Shown piece after piece: positions 23,015-31,395 of a DNA stretch of 31,395 nt (positions are counted from its first letter, which is position 1; each line of letters starts with the position of its first letter). The stretch lies in the IMG/VR virus record IMGVR_UViG_3300045424_000079, positions 1-31,395 of that record; one strand, given 5' to 3'. Both the position numbers and the translations under genes were made by a program. The notes under the pieces were generated by a model that was not told the origin of the DNA, did no database searches, and was given only the letters and a program-made list of their open reading frames with translations. This DNA is from a virus (taxonomy: Duplodnaviria; Caudoviricetes).

Positions 23015-25981
23015 ATGAGACCATATGATATTGACGGTGGTGGAGGCATACCAGCAGATCTAGAGATAGATCCAGCTGCTGCCGCAGCCTCTGCTTCTTC
23101 AACATCAGCAAACTCATATACAAAAGTTGTAAAGATGGTGCCTGTTGTTGGAAAGACATATAAGTTTTGGTTTACATACCTATATGAAGATCCAGAAACC
23201 AAACAAGTAACGGAAAGTGCAAACTCTCCTATTTTTTCAACCTCATTTACAATTCCCAACGGCACCAAACCAGTAAAGAATTTAGTTTTAACTTCTGGCA
23301 TCAAATCATATGGAGTTAAGTTTGACGTTGATCCAGACAGCGTACAGACTGATATTATAATATACGAGAGTCTTACTGGAGCATTTACTGGCGAAGAGTA
23401 CATAGTTTATACTGGAACCTCAACAAATATAACTGTGCAGGTGGATAGCTTTGCTCCAAGATGGGTAAAGGTTACAGTCAGAGATAACTGGCTAGATGCA
23501 AATAGATCTTCTGTTACAGCTGGCCCAGTCAATATTTTAGCAAATGACCCAGATACTTCAACTCCCCCAAAAGCACCAACTGGCGTTTCTGTTAGTGGAG
23601 TAATTGATCCAGAAGATAAAAGTGGATTCAGCATACAAATGGATGTTTCTTGGACCGCAAGCACTGATTCTAATACAAACGGATATGTAATAAGATGGTC
23701 TGCAAACGATCCATCAACTACTCTAAACCCATTGTGGGAATACGGTCAAGTAGACGGCAGAGCAACAAACAAATTTTCCATAACAGGCCTAACCCCCAAT
23801 ACAGTTTATTATTGGCAGGTTACAGCAAAAAGCCCTTTCAATGCAATCTCTTGGGATAAATCGGTAACTGGTCAAGTTGCTTCTGGTCAGTTTGGCCCGA
23901 TATCAGATCCAAATGCCCCAGCGGGAAACATTCAATTAAGATCTATCATATCTATTGGAGGTAAGCTGGCGGACTTATTTAAAATAGGAACTGGAATAAC
24001 GCAGTCAATTAATACATCTACAACAATAACCCCTTCATTAGTTTCTGGAACATATAATGGAATTATTTTAGATAGATCAACAACAAACTACGGCCATAAT
24101 TATTGGTTAAACACTGGCCAGTTTAGAGTAGGAAGTGCGTCAGCATTTTTTTATTGGGATGGATCTGATGTATATACAACAGGAAAAATAAATGCAACTG
24201 GTGGATCATTTACGGGAGACGTTAGATTAAATGGCGGAACTTTATATACTGGCCCAACCCCTTTAGCTGGTGCAAGAGTTAGATTTGATAGCGCAGGTTT
24301 GTTTGGATACGACGCAACAAGTACAAGTAATACAACTGGACAAACTTTTGCATTAACGGCAGCAGACGGAAAAATTGATGCACGTCTCGGGTTTATTGGT
24401 GGATGGACAATTCAGGGCACTTCTCAAACAGTAGGAACTATTTCAAAAAATGGCACCATACTTGGTAGCGATGGAAGCATAGTTTTAGGAGACACGACAG
24501 GAACGCTTCCATCAATTGTTAAATTAAGCTCTACCGATCCAACATATAGAATTTGGGTGGGAAGCCAATTAGCAACCAATGCTAAATTTAAAGTTGGAGT
24601 AGATGGAGTTGTTTATGCAAATGGCGCAGTTATAGATGGCAACGCTTCATTTAGTGGAACTTTAACGATAGGCACAAAGTTATCTGACGGAACAACATTA
24701 GATCAAACTAGAGCAAATGCACTATCAGCTATTGGTTCGGCCAGCGCAGCAGCAGATAAAGCAGAGATAGCAAGATTAAAGGGTATTGAAGCTTATGATA
24801 AAGCAGTCGCTGCAGGCGAAAGCGCAGCAGCTGCAGCAGAAGCAGCCAGGGTTGCAAAAGAAGCAGCTGATCTTAAGATGGCCTCAGCGGACATAAATAC
24901 TGTCTTGGCTTACAACACCACAATAATTAATGGAAATAGAATTACAACTGGAACAATTGACGTGGCACGTCTAAACATTACAGGTGGAACAGCTGGAGTA
25001 AACGGATTTGTTGTAGATGGAAATGGAATCCGTGCGTATAACGCATCCACTCAAACTTTAAACATAGCGTCAGACGGAACTGTCTCTCTTGGAGATAGTA
25101 GCTTTGGCTGGACGGTGGACCGACGATACATCACATCAAGAAATATATTTACGGCAGGGTACACAAAATTAGTTTTAGATGGATATGATGGGTCTATCAC
25201 AGGTGGAAGAATTTCTGGTACATCAATTGAAGGAAATACAATCACTGGTAATACAATAACAGGCGGAACAATTATTGGAAGCAGGGTTCAAACAAGCTCA
25301 TCCACAACAAGAGTAGAGCTAAGAGACGTGGCCTCACCAGGAACAGACTCTTTAAGAGCTCTTATTTCAGGAGTTACTGTCGGGCATGTATTTGGATATG
25401 GCACTTCAACAAATGGCGGAATGGTTATGATGTCAGGGTCTACAGCAAATCCAGATACAACTTCTGGGCACGTCAGAGTGTTGCCAAACTATGCAGTGCT
25501 GGCTGGAGATAGCCTGAATTATTTTGAGGCAAATGGCACATCCAATAATATTAACTTAAGAGGGCAGACTATATATGCTGGTCCTGGAAAAATGTTTTAC
25601 AGTTTTGCAACCGTAAGTACCACAGCTCCAAACTTTAGAATTGATTCGGATGGCGGAATGTCAAGGACGTCAGGCTCCACGATTAGAATTAAAGAGGATG
25701 TTGTAGACCTACTATCACTACCAAGCTTAGACCCATCACCACTATATAGCTTGCCAGTTAGAGCTTTTAAGTTTAAAAAAGATATAATTGGTCCAGAAGA
25801 TCAGAGGTACGACAAGATGGTTCCAGGTTTTATTGCCGAAGAAGTTGCAGAAATTTATCCTGCTGGAGTAGACATAGGGGATGACGGTCTACCTGAAAAC
25901 TGGAACTTTAGAGTTATTGTTCCTGCAATGCTATCTTTAATTCAAGATTTAAATCAAAGAGTTAAAGAATTAGAAGGATAG
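23015..25981 (+). CDS. Tail fibre / receptor-binding protein with FN3 domain and C-terminal S74 intramolecular chaperone
   Basis: FN3 motif (VSWTAS..GYVIRW..ITGLTPNTVYYWQVTA, about 23564-23833), Gly-rich beta repeats, Ala-rich coil (about 24710-24890), S74-like STIRIKEDV...GFIAEEV...LIQDLNQRVKELE (25676-25981). Confidence 0.85.
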   Translation: MRPYDIDGGGGIPADLEIDPAAAAASASSTSANSYTKVVKMVPVVGKTYKFWFTYLYEDPETKQVTESANSPIFSTSFTIPNGTKPVKNLVLTSGIKSYGVKFDVDPDSVQTDIIIYESLTGAFTGEEYIVYTGTSTNITVQVDSFAPRWVKVTVRDNWLDANRSSVTAGPVNILANDPDTSTPPKAPTGVSVSGVIDPEDKSGFSIQMDVSWTASTDSNTNGYVIRWSANDPSTTLNPLWEYGQVDGRATNKFSITGLTPNTVYYWQVTAKSPFNAISWDKSVTGQVASGQFGPISDPNAPAGNIQLRSIISIGGKLADLFKIGTGITQSINTSTTITPSLVSGTYNGIILDRSTTNYGHNYWLNTGQFRVGSASAFFYWDGSDVYTTGKINATGGSFTGDVRLNGGTLYTGPTPLAGARVRFDSAGLFGYDATSTSNTTGQTFALTAADGKIDARLGFIGGWTIQGTSQTVGTISKNGTILGSDGSIVLGDTTGTLPSIVKLSSTDPTYRIWVGSQLATNAKFKVGVDGVVYANGAVIDGNASFSGTLTIGTKLSDGTTLDQTRANALSAIGSASAAADKAEIARLKGIEAYDKAVAAGESAAAAAEAARVAKEAADLKMASADINTVLAYNTTIINGNRITTGTIDVARLNITGGTAGVNGFVVDGNGIRAYNASTQTLNIASDGTVSLGDSSFGWTVDRRYITSRNIFTAGYTKLVLDGYDGSITGGRISGTSIEGNTITGNTITGGTIIGSRVQTSSSTTRVELRDVASPGTDSLRALISGVTVGHVFGYGTSTNGGMVMMSGSTANPDTTSGHVRVLPNYAVLAGDSLNYFEANGTSNNINLRGQTIYAGPGKMFYSFATVSTTAPNFRIDSDGGMSRTSGSTIRIKEDVVDLLSLPSLDPSPLYSLPVRAFKFKKDIIGPEDQRYDKMVPGFIAEEVAEIYPAGVDIGDDGLPENWNFRVIVPAMLSLIQDLNQRVKELEG

Positions 25982-25984
25982 TGA

Positions 25985-26014
25985 TTGACAGATTTTGTAT
26001 CGATATGATATGAT
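25985..26014 (+). promoter_or_regulatory. Sigma70-type promoter
   Basis: TTGACA (25985-25990), 18 bp, TATGAT (26009-26014) preceded by TGn. Confidence 0.65.
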
Positions 26015-26038
26015 TGAGCAAAAGAAAGAGAGAATATA

Positions 26039-26191
26039 ATGGATAAAGCAGAACTAGTTATAACTGCGTTGCAGCAACGCATTGGAGAGATTGTCTCACA
26101 GTATGAGACTCATATTGCAGTACTACGTGCTGAAATAACACAGTTAACAGAAACAAAACAAGAAGTTTCAGCGGAACCAATAAAGGAGTAA
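26039..26191 (+). CDS. Small coiled-coil protein (50 aa), absent from ORF track
   Basis: MDKAELVITALQQRIGEIVSQYETHIAVLRAEITQLTETKQEVSAEPIKE. Has its own promoter and a purine-rich RBS; its 3' end carries the AAGGAG RBS of the next gene. Confidence 0.75.
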   Translation: MDKAELVITALQQRIGEIVSQYETHIAVLRAEITQLTETKQEVSAEPIKE

Positions 26192-26193
26192 TA

Positions 26194-26634
26194 ATGGCCA
26201 TAAAGTCAAGAGCTATAACTGCGGGAGACCCAGTAACAGCAGAGATCATTAATAATATTATTATAGATCTTGAAACAGTAAACAAGCAGAGTACAGCTCA
26301 AAGCATTATCTTAGAGAATGCTCAAGAAGAAGGCAACAATCAAGCCGTATCAGGTAGGGTTTGGAGCCAAGGCCTGGTTGAGTGCAAGATTACTCCAACA
26401 GATTACCCATCTGGAACAGTCAAGGTGACATTCCCAAAAGGTTTATTTACAAAAGCCCCTAGAGTTTGGTTGCAGGTTAATGTTAATAAGCAAAAGCTTT
26501 CCCAAGGCCAACTTAGAGTACATCCAACAACTTTTTCTGTTACTAAAGACCAGGCCGTATTTTATATAAGAAGCGGATCTGGCGGAGAAAAAGCAACGTT
26601 ATATTTTGACGTTTTTGCAACTGACGCTATATAA
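26194..26634 (+). CDS. Short tail fibre-like protein (H-type lectin/gp53-like C-terminus)
   Basis: N-terminal GDPVTAEIINNI attachment motif; VTFPKGLFTKAPRV...YFDVFA beta-sandwich pattern. Confidence 0.55.
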   Translation: MAIKSRAITAGDPVTAEIINNIIIDLETVNKQSTAQSIILENAQEEGNNQAVSGRVWSQGLVECKITPTDYPSGTVKVTFPKGLFTKAPRVWLQVNVNKQKLSQGQLRVHPTTFSVTKDQAVFYIRSGSGGEKATLYFDVFATDAI

Positions 26635-26641
26635 GAACCTA

Positions 26642-26669
26642 TTGACAAGCTGTACCAATATGTTACAAT
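26642..26669 (+). promoter_or_regulatory. Near-consensus sigma70 promoter at the structural/replication boundary
   Basis: TTGACA (26642-26647), 16 bp, TACAAT (26664-26669) preceded by TGn. Confidence 0.7.
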
Positions 26670-26681
26670 AAATGTAACATC

Positions 26682-26706
26682 AAAGTCACGTACCCGTGAC
26701 TTTTTT
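26682..26706 (+). terminator. Intrinsic terminator-like hairpin
   Basis: AAAGTCACG-TACC-CGTGAC-TTTTTT. Confidence 0.65.
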
Positions 26707-26723
26707 ACATATTAAGGTAGATA

Positions 26724-27524
26724 ATGAGCAACGATTTAAAGTGGATGATTTCATCCGACCAGCAGTTCCCGTATCAGGATGATAAGATGATTGCACTTTG
26801 GTTTAAAGTAATGAAGTGGTTTAAGCCAGATGTCGTTGACTACCTAGGTGATACAGACGATCAGGCCTGCTACAGCAAGTACACAGAAGGTAGATCAGCA
26901 GAGTTTTTAAACCTTCACAAGACGGATAGCAGAGATCTCATCGTTCCAATGATGCGCCATGAAGCAAAGGGCGCAAGAGATTTTTATGCCAAGACAAGAG
27001 ACATGCTACCAGAAGCGCAGCTATTTTCAGCTCTAGGAAATCACGATGTTAGAATTTTTAATTATGTTGATGCAAAGCTTCCTGATTATATTAATGAGGT
27101 TACACCCGAAGCCTTGTGGGGACTTGACTCATTAGGTTATGAATACATTCATTATAATGAATTGCCAAAGCGACGCTTTGGAGATATCCACGTGCACCAT
27201 GGACTTTCAATTGCAGCAACTGGCTCTGTGCGTAAAGACATGGAAGATCTACAGATCTCGTTAATTAGAGGACACTCACATAGAATTGCCTCACACCTAG
27301 TAACATATGAGTTGAGAAATAATGGCGAAGGAGAAACACTTCGTGGGTATGAGCTTGGACACATGTGTGATGAGAAGGGTCCAGGAATGAAATACATGCA
27401 GCATCATGACTGGCAAAAGGGATTTGCAATCGCTCACATTGTTAATGACTATCCGCATATTCAGATGATTCACGTAGCACCTGACTATTCATGTGTCGTT
27501 GACGGGAAGCTGTTTACTTTATAA
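26724..27524 (+). CDS. Calcineurin-like metallophosphoesterase
   Basis: Motifs SDQQ, GDTDD, GNHD, HHG, GHSH. Confidence 0.85.
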   Translation: MSNDLKWMISSDQQFPYQDDKMIALWFKVMKWFKPDVVDYLGDTDDQACYSKYTEGRSAEFLNLHKTDSRDLIVPMMRHEAKGARDFYAKTRDMLPEAQLFSALGNHDVRIFNYVDAKLPDYINEVTPEALWGLDSLGYEYIHYNELPKRRFGDIHVHHGLSIAATGSVRKDMEDLQISLIRGHSHRIASHLVTYELRNNGEGETLRGYELGHMCDEKGPGMKYMQHHDWQKGFAIAHIVNDYPHIQMIHVAPDYSCVVDGKLFTL

Positions 27525-27709
27525 TGTGGTGCGGAAAATGTAATGGACGAGTTTTTGTAGACAGAGTATTTTCTCAAAAACTACATATGGAATTGTTCTG
27601 TATCATGTGCGGCAAACGCTGGATGTGCAATAAAGAAACGAGTGCTTTCGGAAAATGGCTGGAATCAAAAGAGACGGCAAATCAAAAAGCTTACGGTATT
27701 TCTTCTTAA
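27524..27709 (+). CDS. Zinc-ribbon protein
   Basis: CGKC...CIMCG, 61 aa, TAATG coupling. Confidence 0.7.
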   Translation: MWCGKCNGRVFVDRVFSQKLHMELFCIMCGKRWMCNKETSAFGKWLESKETANQKAYGISS

Positions 27710-28140
27710 ACGATAAAATACATAAGGTTTTAAAGGCATCCAGATCAAAAGACGAGATGGTTGCATGGTGCTATCCAGACAAGAAGAGAGTTATGTATTC
27801 ATATTCTCAAGTTAAAAAGAATATGGAGACTGCCTATACTGTTGTAGAAGTTGCCTCTATGCTTAACAAGCATAGGGTAACTATACAAGAATATATATTA
27901 AATGAGAAAGTTGCTACCCCTCAAAAGATATACCCTATAGGTCAGCCAGATAGCGAGAATTGGTCACAGTATATGTTTAATCAAAAAAACATATTAGATA
28001 TACATCAACATATATTAGACTCAGGACACTCAAAAGAAATTCCTTCAAAGGCAGAAGTCCAGGCCCTTCTCAAAAACAACTTAGTATTGTATACTAAGAC
28101 AGAAGACGGAAAGTTTGTCCCAGTATGGAAGGCGGAGTAG
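27655..28140 (+). CDS. HTH DNA-binding protein (MerR/excisionase-like)
   Basis: AYTVVEVASMLNKHRVTIQEYILNEKV. Confidence 0.65.
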   Translation: MAGIKRDGKSKSLRYFFLNDKIHKVLKASRSKDEMVAWCYPDKKRVMYSYSQVKKNMETAYTVVEVASMLNKHRVTIQEYILNEKVATPQKIYPIGQPDSENWSQYMFNQKNILDIHQHILDSGHSKEIPSKAEVQALLKNNLVLYTKTEDGKFVPVWKAE

Positions 28141-28271
28141 TGAGCTTTATCTCAGTATATAAAATTGAATCTGGCGCTGCTAAGAAACGAAAAAGAGAAA
28201 AAGAAGTTGAGGAATGGAACTCTAAGAACGGACCAGTTACAGTGAAAAGGGTGGAAGATGGAAAAAAGTAG
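28140..28271 (+). CDS. Small basic hypothetical protein (43 aa), absent from ORF track
   Basis: GTG overlapping the upstream TAG, GGCGGAG RBS; MSFISVYKIESGAAKKRKREKEVEEWNSKNGPVTVKRVEDGKK fills the operon gap. Confidence 0.5.
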   Translation: MSFISVYKIESGAAKKRKREKEVEEWNSKNGPVTVKRVEDGKK

Positions 28272-28371
28272 AGCGGTCACTTGTGACATCTGTAATCGGG
28301 ACATAGAGGTTCGTTGGGGCATATTTGCTAGCGACACATTGAGTAGACATAAGAAGGCGGAACATAAATGA
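28258..28371 (+). CDS. Tiny C2H2-type zinc-finger protein (37 aa), absent from ORF track
   Basis: MEKSRAVTCDICNRDIEVRWGIFASDTLSRHKKAEHK; ATGA overlap with the next gene. Confidence 0.65.
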   Translation: MEKSRAVTCDICNRDIEVRWGIFASDTLSRHKKAEHK

Positions 28372-28571
28372 CAACGAGAGTAAAGGTGGATCTTTCATTT
28401 ACTAGAAATCTTGGTAACTATGAAAGTATTAAAATAGGAGTAGGTATTGAAGACGATGTCAGGCAGGGTGAGACAGTTGAAGCTGCAACAGAACGAGTAT
28501 ATGCTTTTGTTGAGAATAAACTAATTCAAAAAACAGAAGAGGTAGAGGAAGAGCTAAAGAGTGGCAAATAG
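28368..28571 (+). CDS. Hypothetical protein
   Basis: 67 aa (TRNLGNYES.KI), translationally coupled. Confidence 0.7.
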   Translation: MTTRVKVDLSFTRNLGNYESIKIGVGIEDDVRQGETVEAATERVYAFVENKLIQKTEEVEEELKSGK

Positions 28572-28884
28572 CAAAGAGCCCTACATTCTTCTATCTTTAT
28601 TTCAGAATTTATATAAAGAGAAGTATGGCAAAGCCCCTTCAATAAATAAGTTTCGTGAGAAGTGGGCTATGCAAGATGTCATTGATAGTGTAGGATTTGA
28701 TCGTGCTAAAGAGTTGCTTGAGTACTATTTTAACCTTACAAAGCATGGACATACTCTACAGTTCTTTTTATATAACTTTGATAAGATGGACACTGTTAGA
28801 ACTGAGATTGAAAAAGATAAAGAGAAGCGTCGTTTGTTACTAGAAGAAACGAAGAAGATGGTAGAGCAAGGCGGAGTAGAATGA
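28561..28884 (+). CDS. Hypothetical replication-module protein
   Basis: 107 aa, GTG start, coupled to the helicase by ATGA. Confidence 0.7.
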   Translation: MANSKEPYILLSLFQNLYKEKYGKAPSINKFREKWAMQDVIDSVGFDRAKELLEYYFNLTKHGHTLQFFLYNFDKMDTVRTEIEKDKEKRRLLLEETKKMVEQGGVE

Positions 28885-30143
28885 ACACAGAGGCAGAGTT
28901 AATCTCAGCGGTATGTAAGAATAAAGATATAAGTACACTACTTGCTGATAATGTTGACGACCTATTCACATCACATAAAGATATTTGGGATGGCCTTAAG
29001 TCCTATTATTATAAATTTAAAGCTGTGCCAGAAGCTGTGATCCTACAAGAAAAGTTTAAAGACTTTGAGCCAGTAGATGTTAAAGGACAGACAGGATACT
29101 ACTTAGATACCCTAAAGAATGAATTCATTTCAAATAAACTTAAGACTATTATTCTTCGTGCTGGATCATCTTTAAAGGAAGATGCCGCATCAAGAGTTCT
29201 TGAAAACATGCAGTCTCAACTAGCTGGCCTCAGTAGATTTACAAATAATGTTCGAGACTTAGACATTACAGATGCCGAAGCAGCAATTAGACATATGGAG
29301 CTATTAAGAGTACGCTCTGCCGAGATGGGTGGTTCTCCAGGCATTAAAACAGGTTTTGAGGCCATAGACTTGGCATACCCAACAGGTATGGCTCCTGGTC
29401 ACCTTATCGTCGCTATTGGCTGGCCAGGGCGTGGTAAGACATGGTTTACTTCTTACCTTGCATGTAAGGCTTGGGAGCAAGGGTTTAAGCCAATGATTGT
29501 TTCACTTGAAATGTCACCAGAGAATATGCGTGATCGTATTTATACAATGCTTGGCTCTGGGCTATTCAAGGCTTCTGATTTTTCAAAGGGAGATATTAAT
29601 ATTGATGACTTCCGTTCATGGTCAACAAAGAAATTTGCTGACAAGAATAGCTTTATCCTTATTTCAAACGAGGGTAACACAGAAGTTACACCAGCAACTA
29701 TTCAAGGAAAGATTGATCAGCATAAACCTGACCTAGTTATTCTAGATTACCATCAGCTATTTAATGACAACAAGCGAAGCAATTCTGAAGTTGAAAGAAA
29801 CCGAAATGTTTCTCGTGAATTTAAAATGCTAGCTGTATCTAATAATATTCCTATTATTGATATTACAGCAGCCACTGCAGACGATGTATCTGATCAGGAT
29901 AATCCACCTATGATGTCTCAGGTTGCGTGGTCAAAAGCTATTGAATACGATGCCGATATGGCTATGGCTGTGCATAGATATCCAGGGACTAACATGATTG
30001 AGATTGTGTCACGCAAGAATCGACATGGACATGAATTTGGTTTATACTTAGATTGGGATATCAACAGGGGTATCGTCAAAGAGATTTATGAGAATCCGTT
30101 CCAAAACAATGAATCACAAACCGATAAAAAGATTCCAGGTTAG
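28881..30143 (+). CDS. dnaB: DnaB-like replicative helicase
   Basis: Walker A GWPGRGKT, SLEMS, Walker B VILDY, IEYDAD, KNRHG. Confidence 0.93.
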   Translation: MNTEAELISAVCKNKDISTLLADNVDDLFTSHKDIWDGLKSYYYKFKAVPEAVILQEKFKDFEPVDVKGQTGYYLDTLKNEFISNKLKTIILRAGSSLKEDAASRVLENMQSQLAGLSRFTNNVRDLDITDAEAAIRHMELLRVRSAEMGGSPGIKTGFEAIDLAYPTGMAPGHLIVAIGWPGRGKTWFTSYLACKAWEQGFKPMIVSLEMSPENMRDRIYTMLGSGLFKASDFSKGDINIDDFRSWSTKKFADKNSFILISNEGNTEVTPATIQGKIDQHKPDLVILDYHQLFNDNKRSNSEVERNRNVSREFKMLAVSNNIPIIDITAATADDVSDQDNPPMMSQVAWSKAIEYDADMAMAVHRYPGTNMIEIVSRKNRHGHEFGLYLDWDINRGIVKEIYENPFQNNESQTDKKIPG

Positions 30144-30399
30144 AGTTGAATTCCTAGACGACTCTGATATGGTTCGCATTAAGCATCAATACGAAAGTAT
30201 GCTTACTCACCAAATGAGAGACAAAGGGTATCTCAGGGTACTTGACATAGACACTAACTTTTCGGTAGAATTTGATGGATCAACATGGATGTTCTTAATG
30301 ACACTCTATGGTACTTATGTAGGAAAGAAGAAGGCATGGCGGCACGAAGCAATTACGCAAGGAAAGCTGATACCACGCAATACTCTAAGCAACATATAA
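30109..30399 (+). CDS. Hypothetical protein between helicase and primase
   Basis: Likely start MNHKPIKRF at 30109 (track starts 30088); overlaps both neighbours. Confidence 0.6.
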   Translation: MNHKPIKRFQVRVEFLDDSDMVRIKHQYESMLTHQMRDKGYLRVLDIDTNFSVEFDGSTWMFLMTLYGTYVGKKKAWRHEAITQGKLIPRNTLSNI

Positions 30400-31340
30400 A
30401 GGCAATTGTAAAAAGCCTTGGCTTACAGGTAGCGGGTGAAACAGATATAGAGATCTCTTTCTACTGCCCATTTCATTCAAACAGACACAGCGCAAGTTGT
30501 AGCATAAGCAAAACAACTGGTGCATGGCTATGCTTCAATCCATCATGCGGAGAAACAGGATCATTAATAGAATTAGTTAAAAGGGTTTTGCATAAAAATG
30601 ATTTTGAAGCGATGAGATATGTTTACTCAAAAGAAGCTGAGACCCTAGAAAACTTTGACGATCTTCTAAACGATATGCTTGAAGATAAACCAGAGTTTGT
30701 AGAGTTCCCAGAAGAAATACTAAAGAACTTGTACAATGATTTAGTGGCAAGCCCAGAAGCACAAAGCTATTTTAAATCTAGAGGTATTGATATGTCTTCG
30801 ATGAGTCACTTTTCTCTAGGATATTCTCCCAAGCAGGACATGGTTACTGTTCCAGTTCATAGCCCAGACGGTCTGCCAGTAGGAATTGTTGGACGATCAA
30901 TATCAGAAAAGAAATTTAAAAATAGTACTAATTTACCAAGAAGCAAAACTATGTTTAACATTCACCGTGCTAAAAAAATAGGTGACAATGTTATTATTGT
31001 AGAGTCTAGCTTTGATGCAATCCGTGTGCATCAAGCTGGATTCCCCAATGTTATTGCAACCCTTGGCGGACATATCTCTACGGATAATATTGCTTTAATA
31101 AATAGATATTTTAATAAAGTTACTTTAATGACTGATGCTGACCACGCTGGGCGTGAGCTTGCTAACAGCATAGCCTCTAGATTAAAGAATAAAGACCTCT
31201 TGTGGGCTTCGTATGAATATGGTAAGATATATCCACATGATGCAAAAGATGCTGGCGACATGACCGAAGAGGAAATTAAAGCCTGTATTAAAAACGCAGT
31301 TTCCAATATTGAATATCAATCTTGGGCCCATCAAAAATAA
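30336..31340 (+). CDS. dnaG: DnaG-like DNA primase (CHC2 Zn finger + TOPRIM)
   Basis: CPFH...CFNPSC, IVESSFDA, ATLGG, MTDADHAG, KDAGD; likely start at 30336 (track starts 30285). Confidence 0.92.
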   Translation: MAARSNYARKADTTQYSKQHIKAIVKSLGLQVAGETDIEISFYCPFHSNRHSASCSISKTTGAWLCFNPSCGETGSLIELVKRVLHKNDFEAMRYVYSKEAETLENFDDLLNDMLEDKPEFVEFPEEILKNLYNDLVASPEAQSYFKSRGIDMSSMSHFSLGYSPKQDMVTVPVHSPDGLPVGIVGRSISEKKFKNSTNLPRSKTMFNIHRAKKIGDNVIIVESSFDAIRVHQAGFPNVIATLGGHISTDNIALINRYFNKVTLMTDADHAGRELANSIASRLKNKDLLWASYEYGKIYPHDAKDAGDMTEEEIKACIKNAVSNIEYQSWAHQK

Positions 31341-31382
31341 TAAACAGATGGATTTATACCATCAACTACAAAGGAGAAATAT

Positions 31383-31395
31383 ATGGGAATAGTAA
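31383..31395 (+). CDS. Start of next gene (MGIV...), truncated
   Basis: AAAGGAG RBS then ATG at the window end. Confidence 0.5.

Noticed and set aside
24710-24890. Ala-rich GCA repeats in the tail fibre as a tandem repeat locus
   Set aside because: Ordinary low-complexity coiled-coil coding sequence with no discrete repeat unit.
26660-26680. Palindrome as a GlnR/TnrA box
   Set aside because: Spacing is TGTTA-N9-TAACA, not TGTNA-N7-TNACA.
796-31306. Numerous minus-strand ORFs (60-174 aa) and nested plus-strand ORFs in the track
   Set aside because: All overlap well-supported + strand genes and show no recognisable motifs; they are antisense or alternate-frame shadows.
1-31395. Alternative genetic code, tRNA genes, lysis or integrase genes
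   Set aside because: TAA, TAG and TGA all end tightly packed genes. Intergenic gaps are short with no cloverleaf seen, and no such protein motifs were recognised.

Overview
A 31.4-kb, AT-rich segment of a large siphovirus-type tailed phage genome, with all credible genes on the + strand. It runs from the 3' part of the major capsid gene through head-tail connectors, major tail protein and a tail assembly chaperone with a -1 frameshift at C CCA AAC. These are followed by a giant 4001-aa tape measure protein (TMP), distal/minor tail proteins and an FN3 + S74-chaperone tail fibre. A metallophosphoesterase, small Zn-finger/HTH genes, DnaB-like helicase and DnaG-like primase end the window. Gene order and an apparently leaderless gene suggest an actinobacterial phage (inference). 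The standout is the TMP. Besides the usual helical core it carries a string of globular cargo cassettes, each bounded by recurring [F/Y/R/K]xxGG motifs: a possible His-Me nuclease, two unrelated HipA/PI3-4-kinase-like domains, an intact OmpA-like peptidoglycan-binding domain, an ADP-ribosyltransferase-like domain and unknown domains. It looks like a polyvalent, modular effector-delivery polyprotein injected with the DNA. All domain calls come from motif recognition by eye, not from database searches.
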